From: a virus
DNA length: 64,000 nucleotides
Reading direction: 5' to 3' (one strand)
Virus record (IMG/VR): IMGVR_UViG_3300032516_002690
Location: 40,210-104,209 of that record
Shown here: piece by piece, positions 51,601 through 60,705 of the stretch
How the letters are laid out: the number at the start of each line of letters is the position of its first letter
How positions within the stretch are numbered: the stretch's first letter is position 1
Translations under genes and position numbers: made by a program
The notes under the pieces: generated by a model
The model's database searches: none
What the model saw: only the letters and a program-made list of their open reading frames with translations
Told to the model about the DNA's origin: nothing

Positions 51601-52149
51601 TTGCAACTGCATGGCGCGTTGCTGCTGATCAATCATCGGCTTGAAGGGCATCTGCGCCATGCGCTCGACCATATCGCCCATTAAATAGTCGGCACCCGCG
51701 CTAGCAGCTAAGCCCATCCAGGGGTTCATAGTGGCACCCCCGACAAGCGCACCTACGCCTAAACCAAAGGCTCCGCGTGCTCCAAAACCCGTCGTTGCTT
51801 GCGCGCTGGTCAAGAACTTAGACGCGTTGCCTTGTGCCTGCTGGCGCGCCATGCCCCAACCACCGCCCATGGTTGGACCGGGCAAGTAACCTTGCGCTTC
51901 TTGCGTGCGAGGTACTGGCGTGATGCCGCCAAACATCGGCGGGGTCATTGCCTGATACGAAAAAGTGTTGCGCAGATTAATCGAGAGGTCATTCGAAAAC
52001 TGCGCAGGCGTCGCGACAGGCGGGGGGCGATACGTGTTCTGGTTGTTTAACGCAGGCACGCCTCCTGGCATGAGCCCGGACTGCATCTGCATGGTGTTCA
52101 TGCCGGTCAATAGCTGCTGTAAGACCTGCTGGTCTCCGATACCGGGCAT
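48625..52149 (-). CDS. tape measure protein
   Basis: 1174 aa; G/A/M/Q-rich helical protein; follows the frameshifted chaperone pair. Confidence 0.75.
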   Translation of the reverse strand: MPGIGDQQVLQQLLTGMNTMQMQSGLMPGGVPALNNQNTYRPPPVATPAQFSNDLSINLRNTFSYQAMTPPMFGGITPVPRTQEAQGYLPGPTMGGGWGMARQQAQGNASKFLTSAQATTGFGARGAFGLGVGALVGGATMNPWMGLAASAGADYLMGDMVERMAQMPFKPMIDQQQRAMQLQNMSMNNVRRGSDLSASGMGLSLTASMDLERNLMRTVDNRNFKRDTGGMFNRQDMMKLTDISSQVGLLDGSQSVDQISRDMGKIGRALSTFMKVVEEPDVRKALQMMGNMRQLGMSIPETNVAAANARTYARMAGTTVQGVMQAGMQGAGMFQQYGMSGATGMGVGMAAAGAAGTMGTILDPRTLNLLGGREGVAQTLTGAAAQMSQITAILPGMLKRGKDGKLTVDEDAMGKLTRPGGIDELVRGSASRVDRQFIEEYSHRKGALQDELMNKMGPMGAILMPVLLAKRFMSQTGIKDLGAGLRGIGLDEKQAETIQLTFESPDFYKSIRQQQRTLAIEQQKIRSVRSQSLADAADDVGSARFSRGLADAAVGTARLVLPFSGNLSGAGLRRSTRFMGNAADNWLRAEAEDADLEEQQIASGGGRLLRAVRPGQLTSAEEQTGLAKRLTSDKGAREFNEQVNRYAQRTQRPGNRLRQENRRYLEEAEQMRSANPFEVAAGIMSRNFIGPDGTVGLTNIGRGGESAAETLMESEDFGTRWRNGTLGTTFGLNDKLTMGQLERRQENRKLLGRQVEQGLATPNDTRELNRITDKYGLKDKDIANAVGKASAAVSALLKDKTTTLGWGGTYVTGRTTGDEIDRTIHAAIGSVPGLDAGKRAALAKEMRSEVIRTVGNSAGAAEKTVLDKIAKGGAAIAANQQAGDRQQHANRAEFKRETIIGLLGMDTGFFGNTESQRDVLGVFSKEDNALQQQFLAAATMDAAGNREGADTLRTQLRRDKRYTDEQRAGAESGVRKIIAGMDESDKKSVGDKFSALYKKGGRDLIAKTVGSYAKSTEDVLNEEQLQARKNVLGVEGAAIFAKDGVRGLKKHLDSGGELDGASESLVKQIREGALTPADVDRKIQKRREGRASGTFEGGLVRIADKLGLGDFVEEGISELEDMQERAAAGAAGGEGLGAAASNLDAASAKLLEAASSLAHTGDRGDLRETLRLTQ

Positions 52150-52165
52150 GTTCGATTACCTCAGG

Positions 52166-53226
52166 TTACTTTGGGCTGCGTAAATGACTTCGTCGCATTC
52201 TACGCCTAAATTCTTCAAGTTCGGCAGGAGTTGCGACGCGCATGTCGTCATCAGAAGTAGTGATCGAATGTAGTTTCTTGAACATCCGAACCTGATGCCC
52301 GTGTTTCTGCGTGACGTTCTCTTGAATCAATTTTAGTGCTTGTTCCTTCTCTTTCACCACCTCTGGTTGATACGATTCTTGAAAGACTTCCATCGTCAAC
52401 ATGGTGGTCCACAGCTGGAAAAGCTTCTCAGGTAGATTAATGCCTGAAGAAAGTATCCGGGCTAAGTAAACGTGCTCAGTCACGCTCCTGCGACGCTCAC
52501 GGATCAGGATCTCGCATGCAATGCGGTCTTGAATGGAACCCCGAGGAGGCATCCCGCGTGTAGGGATTGTCCGCACGAAAAGCTCGGCGCGGACGGACCC
52601 CCTCGGGGTGCCTAAAAATTTTCGACAATACCTTCGCTCATAATTGTCTGTATTTGCTGATCAAACTTCGATAGCTTAACAGCTATTAGTCTGATTACCG
52701 TTTCGGGTTGAGCTTCAATCCATTCTAGCTTTCGGTCGAAAAACTTTTCTGCATCCTCACCGGAGGCTACCTTAAATACCGTACCCTTAAACGACACTAA
52801 TGAGGCTGCTAAGAAATATCGAATCTGTATTTCTTGTTGTTCTTCGACGTACTTTGGATTATACGTCTCAAGCGCACGTAAATAACGTACGTAATCGGCA
52901 TGCGCACGCGTGCGAAAGGTAGCGACTACACTCTTAGTAATAGGTACAGACTCTTCGTAAAAACCCTTTTCCAACATGGCGTCCACTACTGTATGCGCCT
53001 TCTGAACAGTAATGTCGTGTTCCGAAAGGATTTCATCGTATGACTTCGATTTTTCAACGCCGTCTTTTGTACGGTCAATGCTGTCCTTCAAGTCCTCCTG
53101 GACTCCTGTAGATAGCGACGTAGCGGGCGTTTCTACTTTCTGACGCTTGTCTACAATTTCCAAATCGACATCTTGTTCAGGGACCTGCGGCTTCTTGTAT
53201 GAGCCGATGACCGGAGCCTTGTTCAT
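52166..53226 (-). CDS. tail assembly chaperone, -1 frameshift (gpGT-like) product
   Basis: Slippery A AAT TTT at 52621-52615; -1 frame reads LGTPRGSVRAELFVRTIP into ORF 52166-52576. Confidence 0.8.
52612..53226 (-). CDS. tail assembly chaperone (gpG-like)
   Basis: 204 aa ending ENF-stop; upstream of tape measure. Confidence 0.75.
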   Translation of the reverse strand: MNKAPVIGSYKKPQVPEQDVDLEIVDKRQKVETPATSLSTGVQEDLKDSIDRTKDGVEKSKSYDEILSEHDITVQKAHTVVDAMLEKGFYEESVPITKSVVATFRTRAHADYVRYLRALETYNPKYVEEQQEIQIRYFLAASLVSFKGTVFKVASGEDAEKFFDRKLEWIEAQPETVIRLIAVKLSKFDQQIQTIMSEGIVENF

Positions 53227-53260
53227 TTCCTACTCCTGAGTGAATTCATGGTAAAAGGTA

Positions 53261-54070
53261 ATGGAGGCACTAATGCGTGTAGCATTGTTTGCGTTTTTAA
53301 CAATCGTTCTTAGCTGTATCACTTCTACGACTGCGAGTGCACAAGATCCGAGAGTAATCCATCTGAAGGCAAAAATACTAGAGAAAATGCCGGACTCGCG
53401 GTGGACCCGTGATGCGTTGGGTACGACTGTCGAACGCGAAGCGCGTGCTACTGAGCATGCTGAATCTATCATCAAAGCGGCTGACCGCTATATCGAGGAG
53501 TGGCAAGTATTTGCAGCTGATGCGGGTTGGACTGAATTTGAGCCGAAGCGTGATCTACCAGCACTCGTGAGTGCAGTCGCGTATTCCGAATCGTCATTTC
53601 GTTCAGTAATTCGTCTTGACGATGACACGCTAGTGAAGAAAGCCCCTAAATCTGGAAGGGCTGATATGGGCGTACTGCAGGTGCGGGCGCCTTCTACAAC
53701 TGCTGCCAATTGCGGCGTTAAAAATAAAGCAGACGTTCAACGCTTAGTCGACGATCTGCCTTTTGCTTATATGACAGGTACGTGCATTCTAACAAGACGT
53801 GTAGCGGCGTATATCAACCGATATAAATCGCAAGCCTTTACACGGTTTCAGCGGACAGAGCGCGCTAATTTCGATCTCGCGTTCTACGGTGTTGGTGTCC
53901 GACGCGAGAGTCCCGAACACTACAAACTCGCGCGTGAGCTTGTCATTGTTGAGAGGTACAATTGGGGAGACAAAGATTTGTATTTGCACAAATTGCACGG
54001 GGGGTATGCCCGGCGTGTCGTCTCATTGTTTGAGTTTTTCCGACTTCCAGTGCATGATTGCGGAGCTTAA
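53261..54070 (+). CDS. SLT/lysozyme-like transglycosylase with signal sequence
   Basis: AVAYSESSF, MGVLQV, RYN.G, YARRV; hydrophobic N-terminus. Confidence 0.7.
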   Translation: MEALMRVALFAFLTIVLSCITSTTASAQDPRVIHLKAKILEKMPDSRWTRDALGTTVEREARATEHAESIIKAADRYIEEWQVFAADAGWTEFEPKRDLPALVSAVAYSESSFRSVIRLDDDTLVKKAPKSGRADMGVLQVRAPSTTAANCGVKNKADVQRLVDDLPFAYMTGTCILTRRVAAYINRYKSQAFTRFQRTERANFDLAFYGVGVRRESPEHYKLARELVIVERYNWGDKDLYLHKLHGGYARRVVSLFEFFRLPVHDCGA

Positions 54071-54086
54071 GTCGGGGAGATAACGC

Positions 54087-56228
54087 ATGAAATGTAACGG
54101 GTGTGCTGCGGTTATGCCTTTTATGGAGGAAACACCGCAGGGATTCGGCTGTGTATTCTGTGAAGGGAAGCAATTCCCTGATGCTGTAGATATATTGACA
54201 GAGCCCTCTCTAGGGTTTGTAAACGAAACTCGGCATGGACAAATAACCATGGCCGACGAAATAAATACATCCATCGAATCCACCACACCCACGCTTTTTG
54301 AAGCGGGTACAGGTGTTGGCAAAAGCTTTGCCTACCTGTTACCTGCTATTTTATCTGGCAAGCGCACTGTCGTAAGCACAGCCAAAATTACGCTACAGCA
54401 GCAGTTGGTAGACAAAGATCTACCGCGTATCCAGCAATATTTAGCGCAAATCGGGCACCCACGCGCAACTTTTGAATATGCAGCAGCGTATGGCAAGAAT
54501 AAATATGCGTGTTACGCGGAGTGCGTAAAAGAGAGAAGTAATCACAAAGATTGGCCCAAATACCTCAAATTCTTCAAGCACAGCGAGTATGGTCTCTGGG
54601 AAGACGCGGATAAATTACATTTACGGTTAGACAATAATCTCAACGCCACCGACTGTATTGGCCCCGACTGCGCCCATTATAAGACCTGCGGATATATAAA
54701 AAGTCGCAAGACTATGCTTGCAGCGGATATTGTAGTTACCAATAACTGGCTGTTGGGCTTCCATTACAAGCTACGGCGCACGATGCCTCTTTTCCATCTG
54801 CTTGGTGAATTTGCGCACGTCATAATCGACGAAGCTCACAAAGTTGAAGACGGCATTCGCACTGCATTTACCAACGAAACGTCGCTAAATGCGCTAGATA
54901 AAATTCAATACAGATTCGATAGACTGCTCGATGTATCAAACGAACAATTTGAGCTTCCAGAGTTGGCTACGCTTGATCCACTCTGGAAAGCCGGGTTCGC
55001 TTCGTTAAATAGGCTACATCAAGCCAAATCGAATATCATAGATGCAAATACCTCTGCAGTAATACAAGACCTAATCAAAGGTCTCGACGACGTAACTAAC
55101 AGGTTGCTCGATAAAACTACGCTCGACACGATGTTCGAGCAACTGAGTCCTGTTACACATACAGAGTTAATTCGACGCTGGATTACGAAGACTCCGGCAC
55201 TTGCAAACGCGCCTTTAGCGGTGCCCGTAGCGTCTTCGCCCGTGGGCATGCCGCCGCGTCAGGGCTTTCCAAACATCTCTGACGATCAATGTGTATTTCT
55301 ATCCCTCGAAAAAATACTCGAACTCGTCGAAGATAGCCGTGAGACGTTCAGCAATATCCTGAAGGCGCAACCAAACCGCACCTGGATGATCGAACAGAAA
55401 ACGTTTAACGGCAAAACTAACCTCGTGCTCAAAGACATGCCCGTCAATATCGGCGGGTACATGCCTGACAAGTCAGTGACCTATGTATCAGCGACGTTGG
55501 CACTGGACGACAACTTTGATGTGTTCGCGGACCGTGTGGGGCTTCGAGGTAAAAATTACAAGAGCGATATATTTCCCTCGCCCTTCAACATACGAAAACA
55601 AGCATATCTGTACATCCCGCCGATCAAAGCAGTGCCAGAGCCTAAGACAATGGGCCCGGATGTTACGGCGTATCGCGAAGCCATGGCGTCGCAAATATAC
55701 GAGCTACTGCTGGCATGCGAAGGCGACACATTCGTACTTTTTACGTCCAACGCAGAACAAGACTACGTAAAAAACTACCTAATCTCTCGCGGGTACCCGC
55801 ATCCAATTATCGACAAAGCCACTTACCCTACTGACGCGCTCGCGCGCTACAGAGCTACGCCGAAAGCTACGTTGCTCGGCTCGAAGAGCTTTTGGGAAGG
55901 CGTAGATGTTGCCGGCAATAAATTGTTTATGGTCATAATCACAAAGTTGCCATTTCCGCTGCAGTCTGATCCGATCATCAAAGCGCGACACGCAATATTC
56001 AAAGGCGACAATGCTTGGCCGTTCATAGATCTGCCAGAAATGCTTTTTGATCTTCGACAAGGCGCGGGGCGTCTAATTCGAACACAAAAAGACCGAGGCA
56101 TGCTCGTCGTGCTGGATACACGGCTCCGTACAAAATACTACCGTGCACGTGCGATTAAAGCACTGGGCTTGACACCTGTTGATAATTTAGCGATGGTCTG
56201 CAAGGGGCTGCGTGAACGTAATGGGTGA
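54087..56228 (+). CDS. dinG: DinG/YoaA-family helicase
   Basis: EAGTGVGKS, Fe-S cysteines, IIDEAH, SATL, FWEGVD, QGAGRLIR. Confidence 0.92.
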   Translation: MKCNGCAAVMPFMEETPQGFGCVFCEGKQFPDAVDILTEPSLGFVNETRHGQITMADEINTSIESTTPTLFEAGTGVGKSFAYLLPAILSGKRTVVSTAKITLQQQLVDKDLPRIQQYLAQIGHPRATFEYAAAYGKNKYACYAECVKERSNHKDWPKYLKFFKHSEYGLWEDADKLHLRLDNNLNATDCIGPDCAHYKTCGYIKSRKTMLAADIVVTNNWLLGFHYKLRRTMPLFHLLGEFAHVIIDEAHKVEDGIRTAFTNETSLNALDKIQYRFDRLLDVSNEQFELPELATLDPLWKAGFASLNRLHQAKSNIIDANTSAVIQDLIKGLDDVTNRLLDKTTLDTMFEQLSPVTHTELIRRWITKTPALANAPLAVPVASSPVGMPPRQGFPNISDDQCVFLSLEKILELVEDSRETFSNILKAQPNRTWMIEQKTFNGKTNLVLKDMPVNIGGYMPDKSVTYVSATLALDDNFDVFADRVGLRGKNYKSDIFPSPFNIRKQAYLYIPPIKAVPEPKTMGPDVTAYREAMASQIYELLLACEGDTFVLFTSNAEQDYVKNYLISRGYPHPIIDKATYPTDALARYRATPKATLLGSKSFWEGVDVAGNKLFMVIITKLPFPLQSDPIIKARHAIFKGDNAWPFIDLPEMLFDLRQGAGRLIRTQKDRGMLVVLDTRLRTKYYRARAIKALGLTPVDNLAMVCKGLRERNG

Positions 56229-56646
56229 TCTACAAATAGAAGCGCTTGCGCAACAATGCGTAAGCTGTGGCAAACCATTCAAAGACGGACACTTGGTCTT
56301 CGCTGCGTACTGGTGTAATGCGCTCTCGTCTTTTGAAAAACAAGTTGACCTCGGTCTAATAGGCTCTGAAGTACGCAACACGTGGCTACATTTCAATTGT
56401 GACAAACCTCTACGTACGGATTGGGCCATGTACCCTGATTTACACAGCTGCATTCGATGCAAGAAAAAACTTGAGACTGCCGATCTTGTACAGCCGGTAT
56501 TTCAAGTGACCAATCCGAGGGCTGTAAATCCAAATGACTTCACTGACGTGGGTATTGCTCTCAACGAACGTGTTTATATGGTGCACTGTGATTGCTTCAA
56601 TCCGCAGCTCACCCATCGCAGTACCAACATACTCGTTACACCCTGA
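56221..56646 (+). CDS. hypothetical protein with two CxxC...HxxC zinc-finger repeats
   Basis: CVSCGK..HFNC and CIRCKK..HCDC. Confidence 0.6.
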   Translation: MGDLQIEALAQQCVSCGKPFKDGHLVFAAYWCNALSSFEKQVDLGLIGSEVRNTWLHFNCDKPLRTDWAMYPDLHSCIRCKKKLETADLVQPVFQVTNPRAVNPNDFTDVGIALNERVYMVHCDCFNPQLTHRSTNILVTP

Positions 56647-57140
56647 TGGCCGACGCCCCTAAGAAAGTACCGGGCATGTTGCAGGACCCTTGGCGTTCTG
56701 CGCAAGCTCCTGTAGCGGCTAAAGCGGCTAAGACCGCGCAGCCTGTTAAAGAAGTGCGCGACGATAGTGACGGCGAGGAGTCTGAACACACTCCGCTAGC
56801 AACCATCGACCTCAAAGGTTACGGCGCCATTACCGTAGCTAACGCTACAACGTCGATGAGTGCCGCCGCGCGCATTCTGGAATTCACCGTCAATAATCGC
56901 AAAGATCTAGAGAAAACATTTACGGATTTCGGCGTCGTGATCGCGCAAATGCCTTTACGCGGAAGCGAAAAGCTAAAATTCTATATACAGCGCGCGGACG
57001 GTTGGATACTCGCAATACCCGGCGCCTTGACACGCGACGCGGGTTGTTTACAGCTCATACAGGCACTCTTACAGCTCAATACGATCCCGGCCCTTAAGAA
57101 AAAACTTGAGGATGCAAAGATTAGTGTCTATAAGTTCTAG
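56646..57140 (+). CDS. hypothetical protein
   Basis: ATG overlaps the upstream TGA. Confidence 0.6.
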   Translation: MADAPKKVPGMLQDPWRSAQAPVAAKAAKTAQPVKEVRDDSDGEESEHTPLATIDLKGYGAITVANATTSMSAAARILEFTVNNRKDLEKTFTDFGVVIAQMPLRGSEKLKFYIQRADGWILAIPGALTRDAGCLQLIQALLQLNTIPALKKKLEDAKISVYKF

Positions 57141-57142
57141 AT

Positions 57143-57472
57143 ATGGCTGCCTATAACGACAAGTCTTGCGATACGTGCGAACACTACGACCCAGTTATGC
57201 GCGGACAAACTGCAAAAGGCGGTGTCCGTGAGACAAACTGGGCGTGGTGTGCGTTGCGCAGCAAATACCCTGCTACTGAAGGTCCGGGGCAACGCTTCCC
57301 GGCCAACGTACAACGTGTGAGCGGCAGCGAGCTTGCTGAACCGTACATTGTGCGGCGTGGCCAAATCGTAGACCATTGCGACACGTACAGCGCTCGCACC
57401 CTGCGCGTCTCTAAAGCAGACTTGCTCAAGCAACTGCAGGAGAAGACCGGCGGGCGCGTAATCGGGTCCTAG
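57143..57472 (+). CDS. hypothetical Cys-containing protein
   Basis: 109 aa; CDTC..C..C. Confidence 0.6.
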   Translation: MAAYNDKSCDTCEHYDPVMRGQTAKGGVRETNWAWCALRSKYPATEGPGQRFPANVQRVSGSELAEPYIVRRGQIVDHCDTYSARTLRVSKADLLKQLQEKTGGRVIGS

Positions 57473-57473
57473 C

Positions 57474-57689
57474 ATGTGGATCACTGTATTTGTGATTGAT
57501 CAGAAGGAAAACCTTTCTGATAAGAGCTTTCCTGCGTTTCAAGTAGGAGGGAAGCTGTTTCTGCGCATGCACGACAAATTTACAAACATGCCCGTGAATA
57601 TGGGTTATCGCATTACGGAGGTCTTCTACGATCTCCACTCTAAATTACCAAAACAATACGTATATTTAGATAAGCTGGAGGGCTACTAA
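57474..57689 (+). CDS. hypothetical protein
   Basis: 71 aa, tightly packed. Confidence 0.5.
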   Translation: MWITVFVIDQKENLSDKSFPAFQVGGKLFLRMHDKFTNMPVNMGYRITEVFYDLHSKLPKQYVYLDKLEGY

Positions 57690-58102
57690 TGGCCAAAAAA
57701 GACGAGATTTCCATCAAGGGCTTAGATAGCCTCAGCAAGGCTTTTCTAGCTTCCGACCCCGCAACCAAGGAAGTTGAGTACGTTGCTGTCCAGAAAGGAC
57801 AACAGATAAAGCCCGAAGCTCTGCAGCACTACGAAGATGAGCGTAAACGCGAGTTTATCCAGCGCTCAGGGCGTTTCACCGAAGACCTCGTAGCGTTCAT
57901 TGTACAGCAACGGCGTGCACGCGAGCTCAGCGATACTGAAGCTATTTTCGGAATAGCGCTTGCGAACATCAATCTGCGCGACTCTTTCGGCATGCCCCAA
58001 GAAGGAGAGAAAGCTCCTACAGAGCAGGAACGCAAGCGCTTGTTTGACCAATTCGACGCCATTTGCTTCGGTGCGCAAGAATATTACGATGCAAATACGT
58101 AA
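57689..58102 (+). CDS. hypothetical protein
   Basis: 137 aa; GGAGG RBS. Confidence 0.65.
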   Translation: MAKKDEISIKGLDSLSKAFLASDPATKEVEYVAVQKGQQIKPEALQHYEDERKREFIQRSGRFTEDLVAFIVQQRRARELSDTEAIFGIALANINLRDSFGMPQEGEKAPTEQERKRLFDQFDAICFGAQEYYDANT

Positions 58103-58108
58103 TTGTGC

Positions 58109-58137
58109 TTGACAGCCATATCTAATCTACCTACCTT
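58109..58137 (+). promoter_or_regulatory. sigma70-type promoter of the AT-hook gene
   Basis: TTGACA 58109-58114, 17-nt spacer, TACCTT 58132-58137. Confidence 0.6.
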
Positions 58138-58177
58138 GTAAATAATAGTAAAGACGTAATAGGTAGGAGATTAGACC

Positions 58178-58966
58178 ATGGCCGCGCGCCCCAATGCACT
58201 CCGTACGATTGAGTATGGAAAGCGTCTCGCATCAAACCAAATCAAGCGTCTAGACGAGATGGTCAAAATGACCACCGCCGTTCTGGAAGAGAACAAGACG
58301 TTAACCGCTAGTGATATTGCGGGCTACAAAGCCTGTATTTCGGCTGCGAATAAGCAGCTTACGCAATTCCGTAAGCTCGACGAATTGACACTGCCTGTCA
58401 TTGCTGAGCCCTCGCCACGTAAGCGCGGTCGTCCGAGTCAGGCAGACCTACAGACCATCGCGGCAACGCACGGTAAAAAGGGTGCAACGCGCGCGCAAGT
58501 AGCTGCCGCTCCTGTAGTTATTGTTAGCGCTCCTAAAAAGCGTGGCCGTAAGTCCAAGGCCGAGATTGCCGCGATCGAGGCAATGGCAGCCGCTGCGCTA
58601 GCCGCTGCTACGCCTGTGCCCAAAAAGCGCGGCCGTCCTGCCAAGGTCAAGACGGATGCCGTTACCGCCGCACAAGCTGCTACGGTAAATCAAGGCCCGC
58701 CGGCAAAGCGTCGCGGTCGCCCGCCCAAGGTTAAAAGCACGGAAGCAGAAACTGACAGTGGCGCGACTTTGGAAACTGTACAATCCGCAGCTGACGCACC
58801 CAAGCGTGCTCCTCGCAAGCCCAAGTCCGCTACTCCCGAGATTAATGTCGCTGCTATCGGCGAAGACGGCGAGCCCGTCAAGCGCGGCCCCGGTCGTCCC
58901 AAGGGGAGCAAAAATATCTCGAAGTCGTTGAACGGACAGCACTCAGAGATTATCACGGTAAACTAA
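58178..58966 (+). CDS. multi-AT-hook DNA-binding protein
   Basis: PRKRGRP, PKKRGRK, PKKRGRP, KRRGRPP, KRGPGRPKG; Lys/Ala/Pro-rich. Confidence 0.8.
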   Translation: MAARPNALRTIEYGKRLASNQIKRLDEMVKMTTAVLEENKTLTASDIAGYKACISAANKQLTQFRKLDELTLPVIAEPSPRKRGRPSQADLQTIAATHGKKGATRAQVAAAPVVIVSAPKKRGRKSKAEIAAIEAMAAAALAAATPVPKKRGRPAKVKTDAVTAAQAATVNQGPPAKRRGRPPKVKSTEAETDSGATLETVQSAADAPKRAPRKPKSATPEINVAAIGEDGEPVKRGPGRPKGSKNISKSLNGQHSEIITVN

Positions 58967-58995
58967 TTTTCGAGCTGAGTTGCCCCTCGGCCTTG

Positions 58996-59036
58996 CCCTT
59001 GTACGTAGACCCCCTACGTACAGGGGTTTTTTATTT
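58996..59036 (+). terminator. intrinsic terminator
   Basis: 13-bp stem CCCTTGTACGTAG/CTACGTACAGGGG followed by TTTTTTATTT. Confidence 0.8.
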
Positions 59037-59047
59037 GGAGTTATCTT

Positions 59048-59314
59048 ATGGCGAAGAAAGTGTTTAGCAAAGATATGTTTGCGGGGATATGGCCGATGTT
59101 ATGCGCGGCGCCTATTACTCAGATATCTGAGGAACTACAAGAAGAGTTGCGTGACTTTGAATTCGATAAAGCTACGGATCTCGAAGTATACCTATTCTGC
59201 TCAGAGCTAGCGACGCACGCTTTTGCGACGCATGACATATCTCCGTTTGTTTGTGTGTTACTGGACGTAGCCAATTTCTATGAAAGGCCTGTGGATAATG
59301 AAACAGTACATTGA
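59048..59314 (+). CDS. hypothetical protein
   Basis: 88 aa; GGAG RBS. Confidence 0.6.
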   Translation: MAKKVFSKDMFAGIWPMLCAAPITQISEELQEELRDFEFDKATDLEVYLFCSELATHAFATHDISPFVCVLLDVANFYERPVDNETVH

Positions 59315-60164
59315 TCTCGTGCAGCATGTTCTAGATAATGGAACAATTAAACCTAACCGTACAGGCACCGACACGCTTGGACTTTTTGGTTACTTTTACA
59401 AATGCGATATGGCAGATGGGTTTCCGCTGCTTACTACGAAGAGGATTAAGTGGGAGTTGATAGTACTAGAGAATCTTTGGTTTATGTCGGGATCAAACAA
59501 GGCTGATTTTCTTAGACACTACAACGTGAAGTTTTGGGAGCCCTGGACTAACGAAGATGGGGTAGTAGCGAATTGTTACGGTCCAGCCTGGATGCAGTTC
59601 CCGGTACATACGCAACTAGGTAACAAGACGCTCCCTGACTTCAACAATCAAATTGATTGGGCTATCAACGAGCTTCGCAACAACCCCTTCTCACGTCGCA
59701 TTGTTATATCTGCGTGGAGTCCGGGTGTTGCACAGAAAGCTATTTTGCCGCCATGCCATGTTACTTTTGTACTCAACACTCAGGTAGACAGGCAGGGAGA
59801 TCTCTGCCTAAACCTCGCGTTGTTACAACGATCGGCGGATATCGCTATAGGAATTCCCTTTAACGTAGCCGGCTATTCGTTCCTACTTCATCTGTTTGCA
59901 CATCTAACGGGTTTAAAGGTAGGGAGCTTCGCCCATACGCTGGTAGATGCTCACATTTACGTAGACCATTTGCCCAACATTAAAGAGCAAATAGCTCGTC
60001 AACCCAAGCCTTTACCTAAGTTGTGTATTTCGCCTGACATTAAAGAGCTCAGCGACATACAAGAATTGATTGTATCCAGGCCGGCTATAGCCGATATTCT
60101 TAACATCTTCAGACTTGAAGATTACGATCCGCATCCGGCGGTTACCTATAACGTCGCGGTTTAA
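59298..60164 (+). CDS. thyA: thymidylate synthase
   Basis: RTGT, FPLLTTK, LPPCH, QRSAD..GIPFN, DAHIY. Confidence 0.95.
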   Translation: MKQYIDLVQHVLDNGTIKPNRTGTDTLGLFGYFYKCDMADGFPLLTTKRIKWELIVLENLWFMSGSNKADFLRHYNVKFWEPWTNEDGVVANCYGPAWMQFPVHTQLGNKTLPDFNNQIDWAINELRNNPFSRRIVISAWSPGVAQKAILPPCHVTFVLNTQVDRQGDLCLNLALLQRSADIAIGIPFNVAGYSFLLHLFAHLTGLKVGSFAHTLVDAHIYVDHLPNIKEQIARQPKPLPKLCISPDIKELSDIQELIVSRPAIADILNIFRLEDYDPHPAVTYNVAV

Positions 60165-60165
60165 T

Positions 60166-60705
60166 ATGCTTCCAGATGTAGAGATCAGCCTCTTGGCTGG
60201 TCTGGGCCAAAATAGACTTTGGCTCAACAATCCATGGCAATATCCAGGATTTACTGAATTAACCCAGATGTTTTTGAAAGGACATACGGTCCTCATGGGA
60301 AGGGAAGCGTGGTTTGATTTCCCCTTAAAAGAAGATAAAACCATCACACCCTGGGTGTTGAGTCACAACCAGCATTTTCATATGTATACAAGAGCACGCT
60401 ATGCTCACGTACGCTTCGTAGATACCTGTGACATTCTACACCGCGTAATCCCTGCAAAAGGTATATGGTGGGTATTAGGCGGGCACTCCACCTACCGCGC
60501 TGTTCTGCCTTATGCGCACAGTGTTGAAGCGACTATTGTAACAGGTGCCGTAGGTCATGTAGACTTGCTAAAGCCAAGCACGTTTAAGCAGACGCATGCG
60601 TGCCCGCACCCTTTCCGTTCAACACTAGAGTGCGTACGATATGAACGACAATACATTACACCGCGCGATCTTACGCTTCAGGTGCAGCAAATGCAGGCGA
60701 ACTGA
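60166..60705 (+). CDS. degenerate dihydrofolate reductase-like protein
   Basis: PW..P, VLMGR..W, WVLGG..Y; follows thyA; catalytic Asp position is Phe. Confidence 0.7.
   Translation: MLPDVEISLLAGLGQNRLWLNNPWQYPGFTELTQMFLKGHTVLMGREAWFDFPLKEDKTITPWVLSHNQHFHMYTRARYAHVRFVDTCDILHRVIPAKGIWWVLGGHSTYRAVLPYAHSVEATIVTGAVGHVDLLKPSTFKQTHACPHPFRSTLECVRYERQYITPRDLTLQVQQMQAN

Noticed and set aside
59298-60164. Base-modifying hydroxymethylase instead of ThyA
   Set aside because: The dUMP-specifying Asn of PFN and the other ThyA motifs are canonical
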